This document shows, in pieces, positions 37,757 to 50,963 of a stretch of 64,000 nucleotides of DNA (within the stretch, counting starts at the first letter, position 1; every line of letters starts with the position of its first letter). The notes beneath the pieces are model-generated. The model searched no databases. It was not told where the DNA came from and worked only from the letters and a program-made list of their open reading frames with translations. A program made the position numbers and the translations under genes. Source of the DNA: Leptonemataceae bacterium (lineage in GTDB: Bacteria > Spirochaetota > Leptospiria > Leptospirales > Leptonemataceae); assembly GCA_965227295.1 (NCBI GenBank), contig OZ245742.1, positions 2,720,001 to 2,784,000 of the forward strand, given 5' to 3'.

Positions 37757-38540
37757 TCGAATCCTCTACAATCTTCTCCATCGCGGGCAGGCCTTCGAGA
37801 AAGAGGGCCGGCCCGGGTTGGAGGATGATGCTTGAGTGAATTTCGAACAACCGATCGTCGCGTACGGCCGGTGTCGCTTGCCACTTCTCTTTCACCCAGT
37901 CGAAGTCCACGGCTTTGCCGCACCACGACCCCACAATCGCTTCCGGCCGCCGGTCGGCCACGGCCTCCACACTGACAATGCGATCCTTCGCCAGGGACGC
38001 TTCTTTAAGTTCGCCGTAACAGTCTTCGCCGCCGCAGATTTCGATCAGCTCTGAGACCCAGCGAATGCCGGTGATCACCGGCTCGTCCCATTCCTGAAAG
38101 AAGATGCGCGGTCGCGTGCCGTTGTTCCGGGTGATGCGTTCCGTTGCTCGTGCCTTCGTCGCCTGCATGGCCGCACGCCAATCGTGGATGAGCCGCTGTG
38201 TGTCCTCCCGGCGGCCGACGATCGTGCCGATCAGCAGCATGGCGTTCAGAATCTCCTCGATGGAGCGCTGATTCAGAATCAAAACGTTCAGACCGGCCTT
38301 GATGAGGTCCCGGGCGAACTCGGCCTGGATGTCCGAAAAGCCGATCACGAGGTCCGGTTCCAGCTTTTGGATCTTCGACAGGCTGCCGGAGATGAACGCC
38401 GAGACGACGGGCTTTTCCTGCCGGGCGCGCTCCGGTCGCACGGTATAGGCGGTAATACCGGCGATGCGATCTTCCTCGCCGAGCAGGTACAGGAGCTCGG
38501 TGGTTTCTTCGGTGAGGCAGACGATGCGTTCCGGCAGCAT
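37740..38540 (-). CDS. Cobalamin/iron-siderophore ABC substrate-binding protein (BtuF-like)
   Basis: 'RIVCLTEETTE', 'EWDEP', 'GSWCGK', 'ILQPGP'. Confidence 0.85.
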   Translation of the reverse strand: MLPERIVCLTEETTELLYLLGEEDRIAGITAYTVRPERARQEKPVVSAFISGSLSKIQKLEPDLVIGFSDIQAEFARDLIKAGLNVLILNQRSIEEILNAMLLIGTIVGRREDTQRLIHDWRAAMQATKARATERITRNNGTRPRIFFQEWDEPVITGIRWVSELIEICGGEDCYGELKEASLAKDRIVSVEAVADRRPEAIVGSWCGKAVDFDWVKEKWQATPAVRDDRLFEIHSSIILQPGPALFLEGLPAMEKIVEDSITSEA

Positions 38541-38690
38541 ACGAACAAAAACGCCCCCGGTTTCCCTGGGGCAAGTACGCTTTCGCGCTGGATGGGGGGA
38601 TGTTTAGTTTTTTATATGTTCTTGCCGACGTCGTTACGGCAGCGTACGGCATGCCGGCATCGCACGGGAATTTCTTGTATTAGCCTTATT

Positions 38691-38732
38691 AAAAGTTAAC
38701 CCCGCGCCATTAGTGAATTCAGGCACGGGGTT
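38691..38732 (-). terminator. Candidate intrinsic terminator of the lipoprotein gene 38830..40740
   Basis: Minus-strand stem AACCCCGTGCC/GGCGCGGGGTT (one G.U) followed by AACTTTT. Confidence 0.5.
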
Positions 38733-38829
38733 TCGGGAAATCATTAACGCTTTTTAACTTTTCTACTATGAGGCAGTCACAACTACGCTTTATCCTGTCA
38801 GTAACCAGTGCTTAAACATTAGTTGTTGA

Positions 38830-40740
38830 TTAAGGGGTGTGGACCAGCGGGACCCGCAAGATATAGGCGTTGCTATCCGTCCCGGTGTAGATGGAGCGAC
38901 CGTAAACGAAGAGCGCGTTCTCTTGAGGTACGTAGAGCGGAGACATCAGCACTCCGAAGCCGCCGCCGCCGGGGGCGTTCAGAACGTGCGTGACGCAGTC
39001 CGTCCCGTCGCCCTTGCAACTGTAGATCGTATTGCCGGGGTTCGGGGCCGGATTGCCCGGGGCCTGGTATCCCGCAAAAAACAGTCGGTCGGCCTGGGGC
39101 GCATAGGTCATTTCGCGGAGATGATTCGCGCCCTGCATGGGCGCCGAGACAACTTCGCTGCAATTGGTGGCGTCGCGGTCGCAGTTCGCAATCACGCTAC
39201 GATATTCATAGGCCGGATGTTCGCGATACGAACGTGCGGAGATGTAGCGATCGTTTTTCCGGTCCAGCGCTGCGAACCGGTTGGTGCCCGGGACCACGCT
39301 GTTCCTGGAGCGCAGCACGCATTGAGAGCCGGTGGCCGTGCAGGCCAGGGTGTCGTCCGTTTGGCTAATGCTCAACTGGACCAGCAGCCGTCGCTCTTTT
39401 TCATCGAGAACGGGATGAATCTCCATGGGATGGTTTACGGGCAGGCTGCGGATGCTGCACTGGCTGCCGTCCGTTTCGCAGCGATACAGCACAGCGGAGC
39501 CGATATCGGGGTACGAAAGCCAGTGATAGCCGGAGACGATGACCAGGAGCTTGTTGTCGAGGGGATCGATGATTGCATCCACGGACATGTAACTAGTCGG
39601 GTTCAAATCGGGGCCGGCCAGGGTTACCGGCGCATCGCAGCTTGAAAGGTCCGGTTCGCAGTTCAATATATACTGCCCATCGTGTGTGGCCTCGACGAAG
39701 ATCACACGATTCGTCAGCGAGTCGTACGTCGCGTCCTGAGCATTCCAATGAGACGACGACGAGAGGTTCGTGTTTGCCGCGAGTACACTCTCATCGCAAC
39801 TTCCCACGAGCGATGCGGGGCAACTGACTCCGATGCTACCGGGGTCTACCAAACCGCCGATGATCTGCCGGTAGCCGCGCCCGATGACTTTTGCGTCGAC
39901 GCTGGCGGTCGTGAGCACACCGGAACTCGTGCCGTCGATTGCCGCGACGGCCATGCCGGAGGGATCGATGTCATAGTCGACGAGCATCGGTGCGTCGGTG
40001 TCGTAGAATAATGCGTAAGTGGTCACGCTGTTTCCGCGCCGGGGATCCAGCAGGATCTCGACCGTACGATCAAAGGCTTTGCCGTCCGCCGTGGAGCTGA
40101 CCGTGATGGTCTGTGGTTCGTCGTAGCGGGACGGTTGAAACGTAAGTTCCTGCGGCGATACATGAAAGCCGGCGGTGCCGTCGGTGGCGCGCACAACGCT
40201 TACGTCGAACTTCACCGCGCCCTTCGGACGATACTTCAAACGGACCTGGAGTTCGGCGTCCTGGCCTTCGTCTACCGCGCGGTCGCCGTCGACAATGAGC
40301 CGGAGCGGCGGGTTCCGGCGATCCCGACCGACGAATACGCCTGCGGTGCCGCTCTCCACGGTGCCGTCGCTGTACACGACCAGTTCGAACGTAAGATTGC
40401 CGGCCGTGGCGTTGTAGGTCTGCGGCGCCAGGAGCACCGAAAAGAGGCCGTCACTGTCCGTGGTGGCCGTATTCACCCGCGCGGAGCGTACGCCGGCCTG
40501 TGCGAAGTTCACCGTCGTATTCGCAACCGGAGCGCCTTCACTGTCGGCCAGATAAGCGGAGATGGATTGCGTGGACTGATTCGTGCTGGAAGTGGTCGAG
40601 GGCAGGCCGAGCAGAGCCAGGGCTGAGGCGTCCGTTGCCGCAGAACCGCCGCCACAGGATAGCATGATGCTGACGGCCGAAACAGCAGCGAAGCGCCGGA
40701 TCAGGGATGGGGTAGATGGGGTCGCGGTCATGTGTCTCAT
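38830..40740 (-). CDS. Large lipoprotein, paralogue 1 (Ig-like region + CxxDGxxC-repeat region)
   Basis: Lipobox IMLSC; repeats NCEPDLSSC, RCETDGSQC, ACTATGSQC, NCDRDATNC, SCKGDGTDC. Confidence 0.8.
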   Translation of the reverse strand: MRHMTATPSTPSLIRRFAAVSAVSIMLSCGGGSAATDASALALLGLPSTTSSTNQSTQSISAYLADSEGAPVANTTVNFAQAGVRSARVNTATTDSDGLFSVLLAPQTYNATAGNLTFELVVYSDGTVESGTAGVFVGRDRRNPPLRLIVDGDRAVDEGQDAELQVRLKYRPKGAVKFDVSVVRATDGTAGFHVSPQELTFQPSRYDEPQTITVSSTADGKAFDRTVEILLDPRRGNSVTTYALFYDTDAPMLVDYDIDPSGMAVAAIDGTSSGVLTTASVDAKVIGRGYRQIIGGLVDPGSIGVSCPASLVGSCDESVLAANTNLSSSSHWNAQDATYDSLTNRVIFVEATHDGQYILNCEPDLSSCDAPVTLAGPDLNPTSYMSVDAIIDPLDNKLLVIVSGYHWLSYPDIGSAVLYRCETDGSQCSIRSLPVNHPMEIHPVLDEKERRLLVQLSISQTDDTLACTATGSQCVLRSRNSVVPGTNRFAALDRKNDRYISARSYREHPAYEYRSVIANCDRDATNCSEVVSAPMQGANHLREMTYAPQADRLFFAGYQAPGNPAPNPGNTIYSCKGDGTDCVTHVLNAPGGGGFGVLMSPLYVPQENALFVYGRSIYTGTDSNAYILRVPLVHTP

Positions 40741-40811
40741 AACTGAATCGTGACAGATTAGTTAGGTCTATCACAAAATTTCGGTTTTTTTCCCGTCGGG
40801 CACTTCGGCCA
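40603..40811. repeat. Near-identical duplicated segment (upstream region + signal-peptide coding), copy 1
   Basis: Matches 42647-42856 with about 5 substitutions plus a poly-T length difference. Confidence 0.95.
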
Positions 40812-40885
40812 GGTGAATGCGCCGGATGTTTGGAACCCGGCGGTCGTAGGCGAAGCGAGACGCGTTCATCGCGGAACGGATCTCA

Positions 40886-42784
40886 TCAGGGCGTCAGCGG
40901 AAAGCGGTACAGGTTCTTTCCCGATCCTTCCCCGCCATACGCATACACGGCGCGCTGCTGTATTGAATACACGGGTGAGCGCACGAAACTGATCGCCCCG
41001 CCGCTGCCTGTGAGAAGTTGCGCCAGGCAGTTTGTGCCGTCACCGCTGCAACTGTAGAGGGCGTACCCGGGGGCCGGTCCGGGGCGACCCGGATCGGTGG
41101 AAGCCGTGAAGATGAGTCGATCCGCCTGAGGAACATAGATCATCTCCTGGAGGAGGTCCGTGTTTTGCATGGGCGGGGAGACGACTTCCGAACAATTTGT
41201 GGCATCCCGGTCACAGGTGGAGACCACGCTGCGATAGGCGGAACTCGGGGATTCCGGGACTTCCCGGAAGGAACGTGCGGTTATGTAGCGGTTGTTTTTG
41301 CGATCCAGGGCGGCATGGACGAGATTCGTTCCGTAGCGCGGGCTGAACGTGCTGCGCTGCACGCAGTTTGCACCGCGGTCGTTGCAAACCAGGACGTCCG
41401 CCGTGGCATCGAGGCTGAGTTTCACCAGGAGCCGGCGATCCCGTTCATCGAGAATCGTGTGGAGTTGCATGGGCGTCCCCACGGGCAGGCTGCGCACACT
41501 GCAACGGCTACCGTCCATCTCACAGCGATACAGCAAAGCGAACGCCGGGTCCGGTGGATCAAACAAACCGAAGCCGGAGATGACGATCAGCAGCTTATTT
41601 TCCAGTGGATCGATGAGGACTTCCACGGATTCATACTGCGGCTGATTGGCCTGGCCGGGCAGGGGCACCGGCGTCGCGCAACTGCTGAGGTCGGCCGCGC
41701 AGGAAAGCATGTAACGACCGTGTTCGAGAGTGGCCTCAGCGAAGATCATTCGATTCGAGAGCGAGTCATAGACGGCGTCCTGGGCGTTTATGCCGGCGGT
41801 GGCGGCCATGGCGGTGCCGGCCGCTAATGTTTGCTGAGCGCAACCTGAGAGCGCAGCATTGCAATCGATGCCGAGGGTGCCGGGGCCGGCCACACCGCCG
41901 ACGATTTCGCGGTAGGCCCGGGCGGCGACGCGATCCGCGACGTTGTTCGCGGCCAGGACCGCCGTGCGTGTTCCAGCGGCGGCGGCCGCGGCGTCGGCCG
42001 TGTCTGTGACATCGTAACCGGGCAGCGACGGCTCATCGCTGTCGTAAAAGAGGGCGTAGGTCGTGACGACGGTTTCCCGGCGGCGCGCGTCCAGGAGGAC
42101 CTCGACGGAACGATCGTATGCTTTGCCGTCCGCGCTCGAGGTCACGGTGATCGTCTGCGGCTCGTCGTAATCGGACGGCTCAAATTTTAACTGTGCGGGC
42201 GATACCGTGAAGCTGTTCGTGCTGCCGGTGAAACGACCGGGGCTGAGATCGAAGAAGACTGTCCCCCTGGGGCGGTACATGAGGCGGACTTCGATGGAGG
42301 CCGTCTCGCCCTCGTTCACCGCACGATTGCCGCTGGATACCAGTCGCAGCGGCGGTTCCCGGCGATCCGTGCTGACCAGGATGCCGTCGGTGCCGCTCTC
42401 CAGGCTGCCGTCGGTGTAAACGATCAGTTCGAACTCCAGGTCTCCGGCTGTAACATTGTAGGTCTGGGGCGGCAGATCGATGAAGAAAAAGCCGTCCGCA
42501 TCCGTCTCGCTGGTATAGACGACGGCCGTGGCCCGCACGCCTGCGGTCTTGAAACTCAACGCAGTATCCGCAACCGGTGCGCCGTCGCTATCGGCGAGGT
42601 AGGCCGAGACGGATTGCGTCGCACCTGAGACCGTACCGCCTGGAGTCAGGCCGAGTAGAGCCAGGGCGGAGGCGTCCGTTGCCGCAGAACCGCCGCCACA
42701 GGACAGCATGATGCTGACGGCCGAAACAGCAGCGAGGCGCCGGATCAGGGATGGGGTAGATGGGGTCGCGGTCATGTGTCTCAT
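40886..42784 (-). CDS. Large lipoprotein, paralogue 2
   Basis: Same architecture and Cys spacing as 38830..40740. Confidence 0.8.
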   Translation of the reverse strand: MRHMTATPSTPSLIRRLAAVSAVSIMLSCGGGSAATDASALALLGLTPGGTVSGATQSVSAYLADSDGAPVADTALSFKTAGVRATAVVYTSETDADGFFFIDLPPQTYNVTAGDLEFELIVYTDGSLESGTDGILVSTDRREPPLRLVSSGNRAVNEGETASIEVRLMYRPRGTVFFDLSPGRFTGSTNSFTVSPAQLKFEPSDYDEPQTITVTSSADGKAYDRSVEVLLDARRRETVVTTYALFYDSDEPSLPGYDVTDTADAAAAAAGTRTAVLAANNVADRVAARAYREIVGGVAGPGTLGIDCNAALSGCAQQTLAAGTAMAATAGINAQDAVYDSLSNRMIFAEATLEHGRYMLSCAADLSSCATPVPLPGQANQPQYESVEVLIDPLENKLLIVISGFGLFDPPDPAFALLYRCEMDGSRCSVRSLPVGTPMQLHTILDERDRRLLVKLSLDATADVLVCNDRGANCVQRSTFSPRYGTNLVHAALDRKNNRYITARSFREVPESPSSAYRSVVSTCDRDATNCSEVVSPPMQNTDLLQEMIYVPQADRLIFTASTDPGRPGPAPGYALYSCSGDGTNCLAQLLTGSGGAISFVRSPVYSIQQRAVYAYGGEGSGKNLYRFPLTP

Positions 42785-42856
42785 AACTGAATCGTGGCAG
42801 ATTAGTTAGGTCTATCACAAAATTTCGGTTTTTTTTTGCCGTCGGGACTTCGGCCA
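42647..42856. repeat. Near-identical duplicated segment, copy 2
   Basis: Direct repeat of 40603-40811, offset 2044 bp. Confidence 0.95.
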
Positions 42857-42962
42857 ACTGGATGATGACAGACAGCAAGGGGGCGCTTGCGCATAACCAT
42901 GCATCCTGGGGTAAGTTATCACCAGTGTCAACGCCCATTGCATAAAGTTCCTGCACTATTGT

Positions 42963-43898
42963 ATGACAAATGGTCAACAAAGAGAAGCCGCCAGCCTGCC
43001 CGTCGAACTGCGCGTTTGGGAAGAAAGTGGAAGTTATGTTGCGTTGAGGAACGGCCAGGCGGACCTACAGGTCTTCGTTCGGGACAGCGGCGACACCGAT
43101 GCCCCGGCTTCCGAGACCCTGCTCATCCTGCACGGCTTTCCCGAATCATCGTACTCTTTCCATAAAAACGTCGCCGCCCTGGGCGAGCGCTATCGTCGCG
43201 TGGTGGTGTTCGATTTTCCCGGCTACGGTTTCAGCGATAAGCCGGACTGGTGCACGTATTCGCTCTTTGAACAGGCGGACGCGGCCCTGGCCGTCTGGAA
43301 ACATCTCGCTATCCGTGGCGGGCACGTGCTGGCGCACGACATGGGCACCAGTGTTCTCACGGAGTTGCTGGCCCGGGGCGTGCGCGGCCTGCTGCCGGCC
43401 TGGTTTGCGGACGGCATCCAGTCGGCGACGTTTTGCAACGGCAACATGGTCATGGAGCGCGCGAAGCTGCGGATCATGCAGGTTCTGCTGCGCACGCGGC
43501 TCGGCAGGATCATGTCGCGGTTGTCCACGCGGCGCATCTTTCATCGCCAGGTGCGCAGCGCGAACGGCGGCACGGGGCTAACTTCGAAAGACATTGACTT
43601 AATGTTCGCGGCGCTGTCTTACAAAAACGGCAAACGCCTGGGCTGGAAGCTCATCAAGTACCTGGACGAACGCGAGCGTTTTCAGAACACACGCTGGTTG
43701 CCGGCGTTGCGCGATGCGGACTGTCCCGTGCGCATCATCTGGGGGGACGCCGACGCCGTGGCGCCCGTGGCGATTGCGCGTTACTTAAAAGAACACGTCT
43801 GCCCCGCGGCGGAGTTGAAGATTCTTCCGGGCGTCGGTCATTTCGCGCAACTGGATGCGCCGGATGTGTGGAACGCGGCGGTGTGTGCGGAACAATAA
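42963..43898 (+). CDS. Alpha/beta hydrolase (epoxide hydrolase/MEST-like)
   Basis: 'LHGFPES', 'DFPGYGFSDKP', 'AHDMG', 'GVGHF'. Confidence 0.9.
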   Translation: MTNGQQREAASLPVELRVWEESGSYVALRNGQADLQVFVRDSGDTDAPASETLLILHGFPESSYSFHKNVAALGERYRRVVVFDFPGYGFSDKPDWCTYSLFEQADAALAVWKHLAIRGGHVLAHDMGTSVLTELLARGVRGLLPAWFADGIQSATFCNGNMVMERAKLRIMQVLLRTRLGRIMSRLSTRRIFHRQVRSANGGTGLTSKDIDLMFAALSYKNGKRLGWKLIKYLDERERFQNTRWLPALRDADCPVRIIWGDADAVAPVAIARYLKEHVCPAAELKILPGVGHFAQLDAPDVWNAAVCAEQ

Positions 43899-43979
43899 TT
43901 TTCCATTTTCCCACTTAAAGGGCGGTTGCATTCTTTCGGATTCGGTGTACCATTACGACCGGGTGACAAGGCTTCAAGG

Positions 43980-44639
43980 ATGGATATCTCAGCATTTGCC
44001 ATAGTACTCGCAGTCCTTTCGCTGCCGGGGTTGACGAGCATCGTCATTATCAATCATCTTACGGTCTATCAAACCCGTACCCCTTTCTTTTTTATTGTTT
44101 TTGCATTCATACTGGGTGTTGTAAACTACCTGATCTTTTCTGTTCTGTATTTACTGATCCTGAGTCTTGGCTGCAATCCATTTGGAATCTTTGACGGAAG
44201 GCTGGATGTTTGGACTATATTATTGACTGAGAGATCGGATACCTTGCCGTTCCTGGAGATTATCGGGGCCTGGTTCGTGTCAGTTATTACAGGTTGTATT
44301 CTCACTGCCGCACTGTCGAATACCGTATTTCTGAGGCTGGCGACGGCTCTAAAGCTTACGAAAAAAGCTGGCGATGACGATATCTGGTTCTATTTTGTCA
44401 ATGCGGAAGAGACCACATGGGTGTACGTTAGAGATTATAAAAATGAACTAACATACTTTGGCGCAGTCAGAGCATATTCAGAACCATTCACAGAGCGCGA
44501 GATTGTCCTGTCGGATGTCTCCGTATATCGGACTAATAATCGCAGAGAAAAAGATACGACTCCTCTTTACGAAGTGCCGAGCGTGTATTTATCGCTCGAA
44601 AAAGGTATGTTTACGATCGAGCACGCTATACAGGACTGA
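43980..44639 (+). CDS. DUF6338-like membrane protein on an AT-rich islet
   Basis: 'LSLPG' near N-terminus, three TMs, 'DIWFYF', 'YFGAV..YS', 'IVLSDV'; low GC. Confidence 0.6.
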   Translation: MDISAFAIVLAVLSLPGLTSIVIINHLTVYQTRTPFFFIVFAFILGVVNYLIFSVLYLLILSLGCNPFGIFDGRLDVWTILLTERSDTLPFLEIIGAWFVSVITGCILTAALSNTVFLRLATALKLTKKAGDDDIWFYFVNAEETTWVYVRDYKNELTYFGAVRAYSEPFTEREIVLSDVSVYRTNNRREKDTTPLYEVPSVYLSLEKGMFTIEHAIQD

Positions 44640-44642
44640 ATC

Positions 44643-44771
44643 ATGGCAGACAAAGCAAAACAGATCATCAAAGAGAGCTTTCAGAAGAGTAATATTAAGT
44701 CTCAGCAGGCGATCCAGAAGAAGCCGGCTACCCCGCCCCCTTCCCAGGATGGTACGGGCAAAAAAAATTGA
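44643..44771 (+). CDS. 42-aa Lys/Pro-rich small protein (absent from the ORF track)
   Basis: AGGA then ATG 3 nt after the DUF6338 stop; MADKAKQIIKESFQKSNIKSQQAIQKKPATPPPSQDGTGKKN*. Confidence 0.55.
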   Translation: MADKAKQIIKESFQKSNIKSQQAIQKKPATPPPSQDGTGKKN

Positions 44772-44784
44772 TGCCAGGCATACT

Positions 44785-45273
44785 CTACAGCGCTTTCACC
44801 AGCCAGTACGATTCTTCACCGGGCGGCACATCCTGCAAAGTGCCGAGCACCTCGTAGCCCCGCGAGCGATAGAACTCGTGATCGTGAAGCGTCGAAGTGC
44901 TGACGACGGCCTTCGTGCAGTTCATCCCGCGGGCGTCCTCTTCCAGGCGATCGTAGAGTTCGCTGCCCGCTCCGGCGCCGCGGCAATCCTCGTCGATCCA
45001 GGTGAGGTGCACGAACAACGCCCCGTAGGCCACGGTGCCGATGACGCCGCCGCGCGGGGCGCCGTCGGCATCTTTCAAATACAGGTTGATTCGCGTGGAG
45101 CCGTGCAGTTCTTCGGGGAGCTTCGCCGCCTCGTAGTTCCGCAGCTTCGCGTCGATGTAGATGTCGAGGTTCGGATCGGCCTCGTCGCTGATGTGCAGGA
45201 CGGGAGCGGGGACCGGCGGGGCTTCGTCCACCGGGGTTGTTTCGGTGGCTGGTGTTTCCGTGGTTTCAGACAT
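44785..45273 (-). CDS. GNAT family N-acetyltransferase
   Basis: 'WIDEDCRGAGAGSEL', 'FYRSRGY'. Confidence 0.85.
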   Translation of the reverse strand: MSETTETPATETTPVDEAPPVPAPVLHISDEADPNLDIYIDAKLRNYEAAKLPEELHGSTRINLYLKDADGAPRGGVIGTVAYGALFVHLTWIDEDCRGAGAGSELYDRLEEDARGMNCTKAVVSTSTLHDHEFYRSRGYEVLGTLQDVPPGEESYWLVKAL

Positions 45274-45424
45274 GCACTCAGCGCATCTTAAGGCGACGGG
45301 GCGACAATCATAATGCCCGGCCACCGGACAAGAAATCGTAATATTCCCAAAAATCTTGAACTATGTGAATGCTTTTTGAAATGGCTTGTCGAAAACGCAC
45401 GCCCTGGCCTTTGTGCAAAATCAT

Positions 45425-46270
45425 ATGCAAACATTATCAATCCTCTCCCGTCTGGTCGCGATCGCAGTATTTATTTGTTGCGCGGGCTGTTCCAATCTGG
45501 ACGTATTCGGCTTTTTTTCAGAAGAGGACTCGTCCGAGGAAGAGGACATCGCGTTGCTGGCAGCCCTGGGCGGCGCAGTGGTCTACACGGACGCCGTGAG
45601 CGGTACCTGCACGGGGACCAGCGTGGGGGCGGTCGCGTTGAGTGAGACGGCCGCGGAGTACTCCATTGCCGGCACGGGTGATGCCCGCGTATTCAGCGAT
45701 ACCGTTCCCGGCTCCAGGCAGCGGACATACATCCTCTACGCCTATGATGTTTCCGTGGGGCTCGATGTTTCCATAGATTTCTGCAATCAAACCTTTGATC
45801 GATTCGGCTCCACGGACAACCGTAACGGTGCCGGTGGAGCCGAAGTCTCCGCTTCCAGGGTGACGGTGGCGACGGACTCCGGGCTCATTTTTATTTCAGT
45901 GAGCGGCGTGGGCGTGGGCACTTTTCGATTTGATGCGGAAGACATCTCCGCTTTTTCGGACTATCGCGGCGTGAGCGGCGGCGGTTCGTGCACGGGCTTC
46001 GACGGTGCGCTGACTTCGGAATGCCTGGACTTCGATTTCGATTTTTTGAATTCGCAGGTCTACTGCACTTCCACCCTGGGTGGCACGTACTTCGCGTCGG
46101 CCTGTAGCGCGAGCGCCGTAGAAGGGGAATGCTCTTCCGGTGAAAGCAGCTCATCCGGCGGCGGTATCGTCACGTACGTCGGCTACACGGCGGATTTCGC
46201 TTCGGACAGTCTGCTGCAATCACATTGCGATGCGCGGTATCCTGCGTACGTATACGAAAGCACGCCTTGA
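45425..46270 (+). CDS. Cys-containing, Ser/Gly-rich lipoprotein
   Basis: Lipobox 'CAGC'; Cys-rich C-terminus. Confidence 0.65.
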   Translation: MQTLSILSRLVAIAVFICCAGCSNLDVFGFFSEEDSSEEEDIALLAALGGAVVYTDAVSGTCTGTSVGAVALSETAAEYSIAGTGDARVFSDTVPGSRQRTYILYAYDVSVGLDVSIDFCNQTFDRFGSTDNRNGAGGAEVSASRVTVATDSGLIFISVSGVGVGTFRFDAEDISAFSDYRGVSGGGSCTGFDGALTSECLDFDFDFLNSQVYCTSTLGGTYFASACSASAVEGECSSGESSSSGGGIVTYVGYTADFASDSLLQSHCDARYPAYVYESTP

Positions 46271-46284
46271 GATGGCCCCGCGCA

Positions 46285-48258
<1,974 letters not shown>

Positions 48259-48339
48259 AAGCACTGTGCTGCCACGGCCGTGGCCGATCTGTCTATTACT
48301 TTTGCAAAAACGATTGCTGCGAAAAATGAGGCGGGCTTT

Positions 48340-48544
48340 TTTGGGCGCCTCGCCGCTGGTCCGCTCTCAGCATCCATGCCTCCGCGGACACTTCCAACGT
48401 CCTGTTGGTCGCGCGGCGACCGGGCTTTCGGTGGGGAACCAACTGGCGCAGCCCCGACAGGCGGGGCTGCGCCGGCATCCGCCTTCGGCTTCGGTCTCGC
48501 CTGGCGGCGAGACTCGCTTCGCGACCCTTCCAATCCCTGGCGCG
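48340..48544 (-). ncRNA. Flavo-1-like structured intergenic element, copy 1, with nested hairpin inserts
   Basis: Minus strand CGCGCCAGGGATTGGAAGGG...AGCCCG...GGCGCCCAAA; same scaffold as 63727-63859; stems at 48445-48473 and 48494-48513. Confidence 0.5.
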
Positions 48545-48571
48545 GAAGAGTCGCGCATCTCAATCAAACCT

Positions 48572-48838
48572 ATGAATCAAAACCAGCGCGCAAAATCATA
48601 CTGGCGCAAAAACGTAACGTATCTCATCATCTTACTCAGCATCTGGTTCGCCGTGTCGTACGGCGCGGGCATTCTCTTCGCGGACGTTCTGGATCAATTT
48701 CGCGTGGGCGGTTTTCCCGTGGGCTTCTGGTTCGCGCAGCAGGGCTCCATCTATGTATTCGTCGTGCTCATCTTCGTCTACGTGATTCTCATGAACCGCC
48801 TGGACGACGAGTTCGATGCGGAGGATCGCGAGCGCTGA
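48572..48838 (+). CDS. DUF4212 small subunit of a solute:sodium symporter
   Basis: 'YWRKN', 'GFPVGFWFAQQGSI'. Confidence 0.9.
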   Translation: MNQNQRAKSYWRKNVTYLIILLSIWFAVSYGAGILFADVLDQFRVGGFPVGFWFAQQGSIYVFVVLIFVYVILMNRLDDEFDAEDRER

Positions 48839-48862
48839 AAAATTGCCGCGCGCGAATTATTT

Positions 48863-50638
<1,776 letters not shown>

Positions 50639-50684
50639 TTGGAAATCCCTTGCTTCAAGTCGTGCTGTTGTTTCTCTGTATGCC

Positions 50685-50963
50685 ATGCGAAGCAAAATGA
50701 TTTACCTGTCGATCTTCATGGCCGTCGTGCTGGGCGCGCCCGGGCTGCTCTCTGCGGAGCACTCCTGCGAGAGCTATCGCAAGGAGGTCTGCGGTCTGTG
50801 CGGTGACGATGCCGAGATCTGCGTCAACGCGAAGGAAGCCGAAAAAGAATGCAAGGCGAAGCCGGAGTACTGCCCGGTGAAGGCCTGCGCCCCGGCCCTC
50901 GAAGCCCTGAAACGTATGCCTCCGCAGTACCGGCAGAAGATTTGCACCGAGGACGCGGGCTGA
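50685..50963 (+). CDS. Small secreted protein with 8 Cys
   Basis: Signal peptide followed by a ~68-aa mature part with eight cysteines. Confidence 0.7.
   Translation: MRSKMIYLSIFMAVVLGAPGLLSAEHSCESYRKEVCGLCGDDAEICVNAKEAEKECKAKPEYCPVKACAPALEALKRMPPQYRQKICTEDAG

Noticed and set aside
44458..45291. 277-aa + strand ORF bridging DUF6338 and GNAT
   Set aside because: Overlaps better-supported genes in other frames and has no motif
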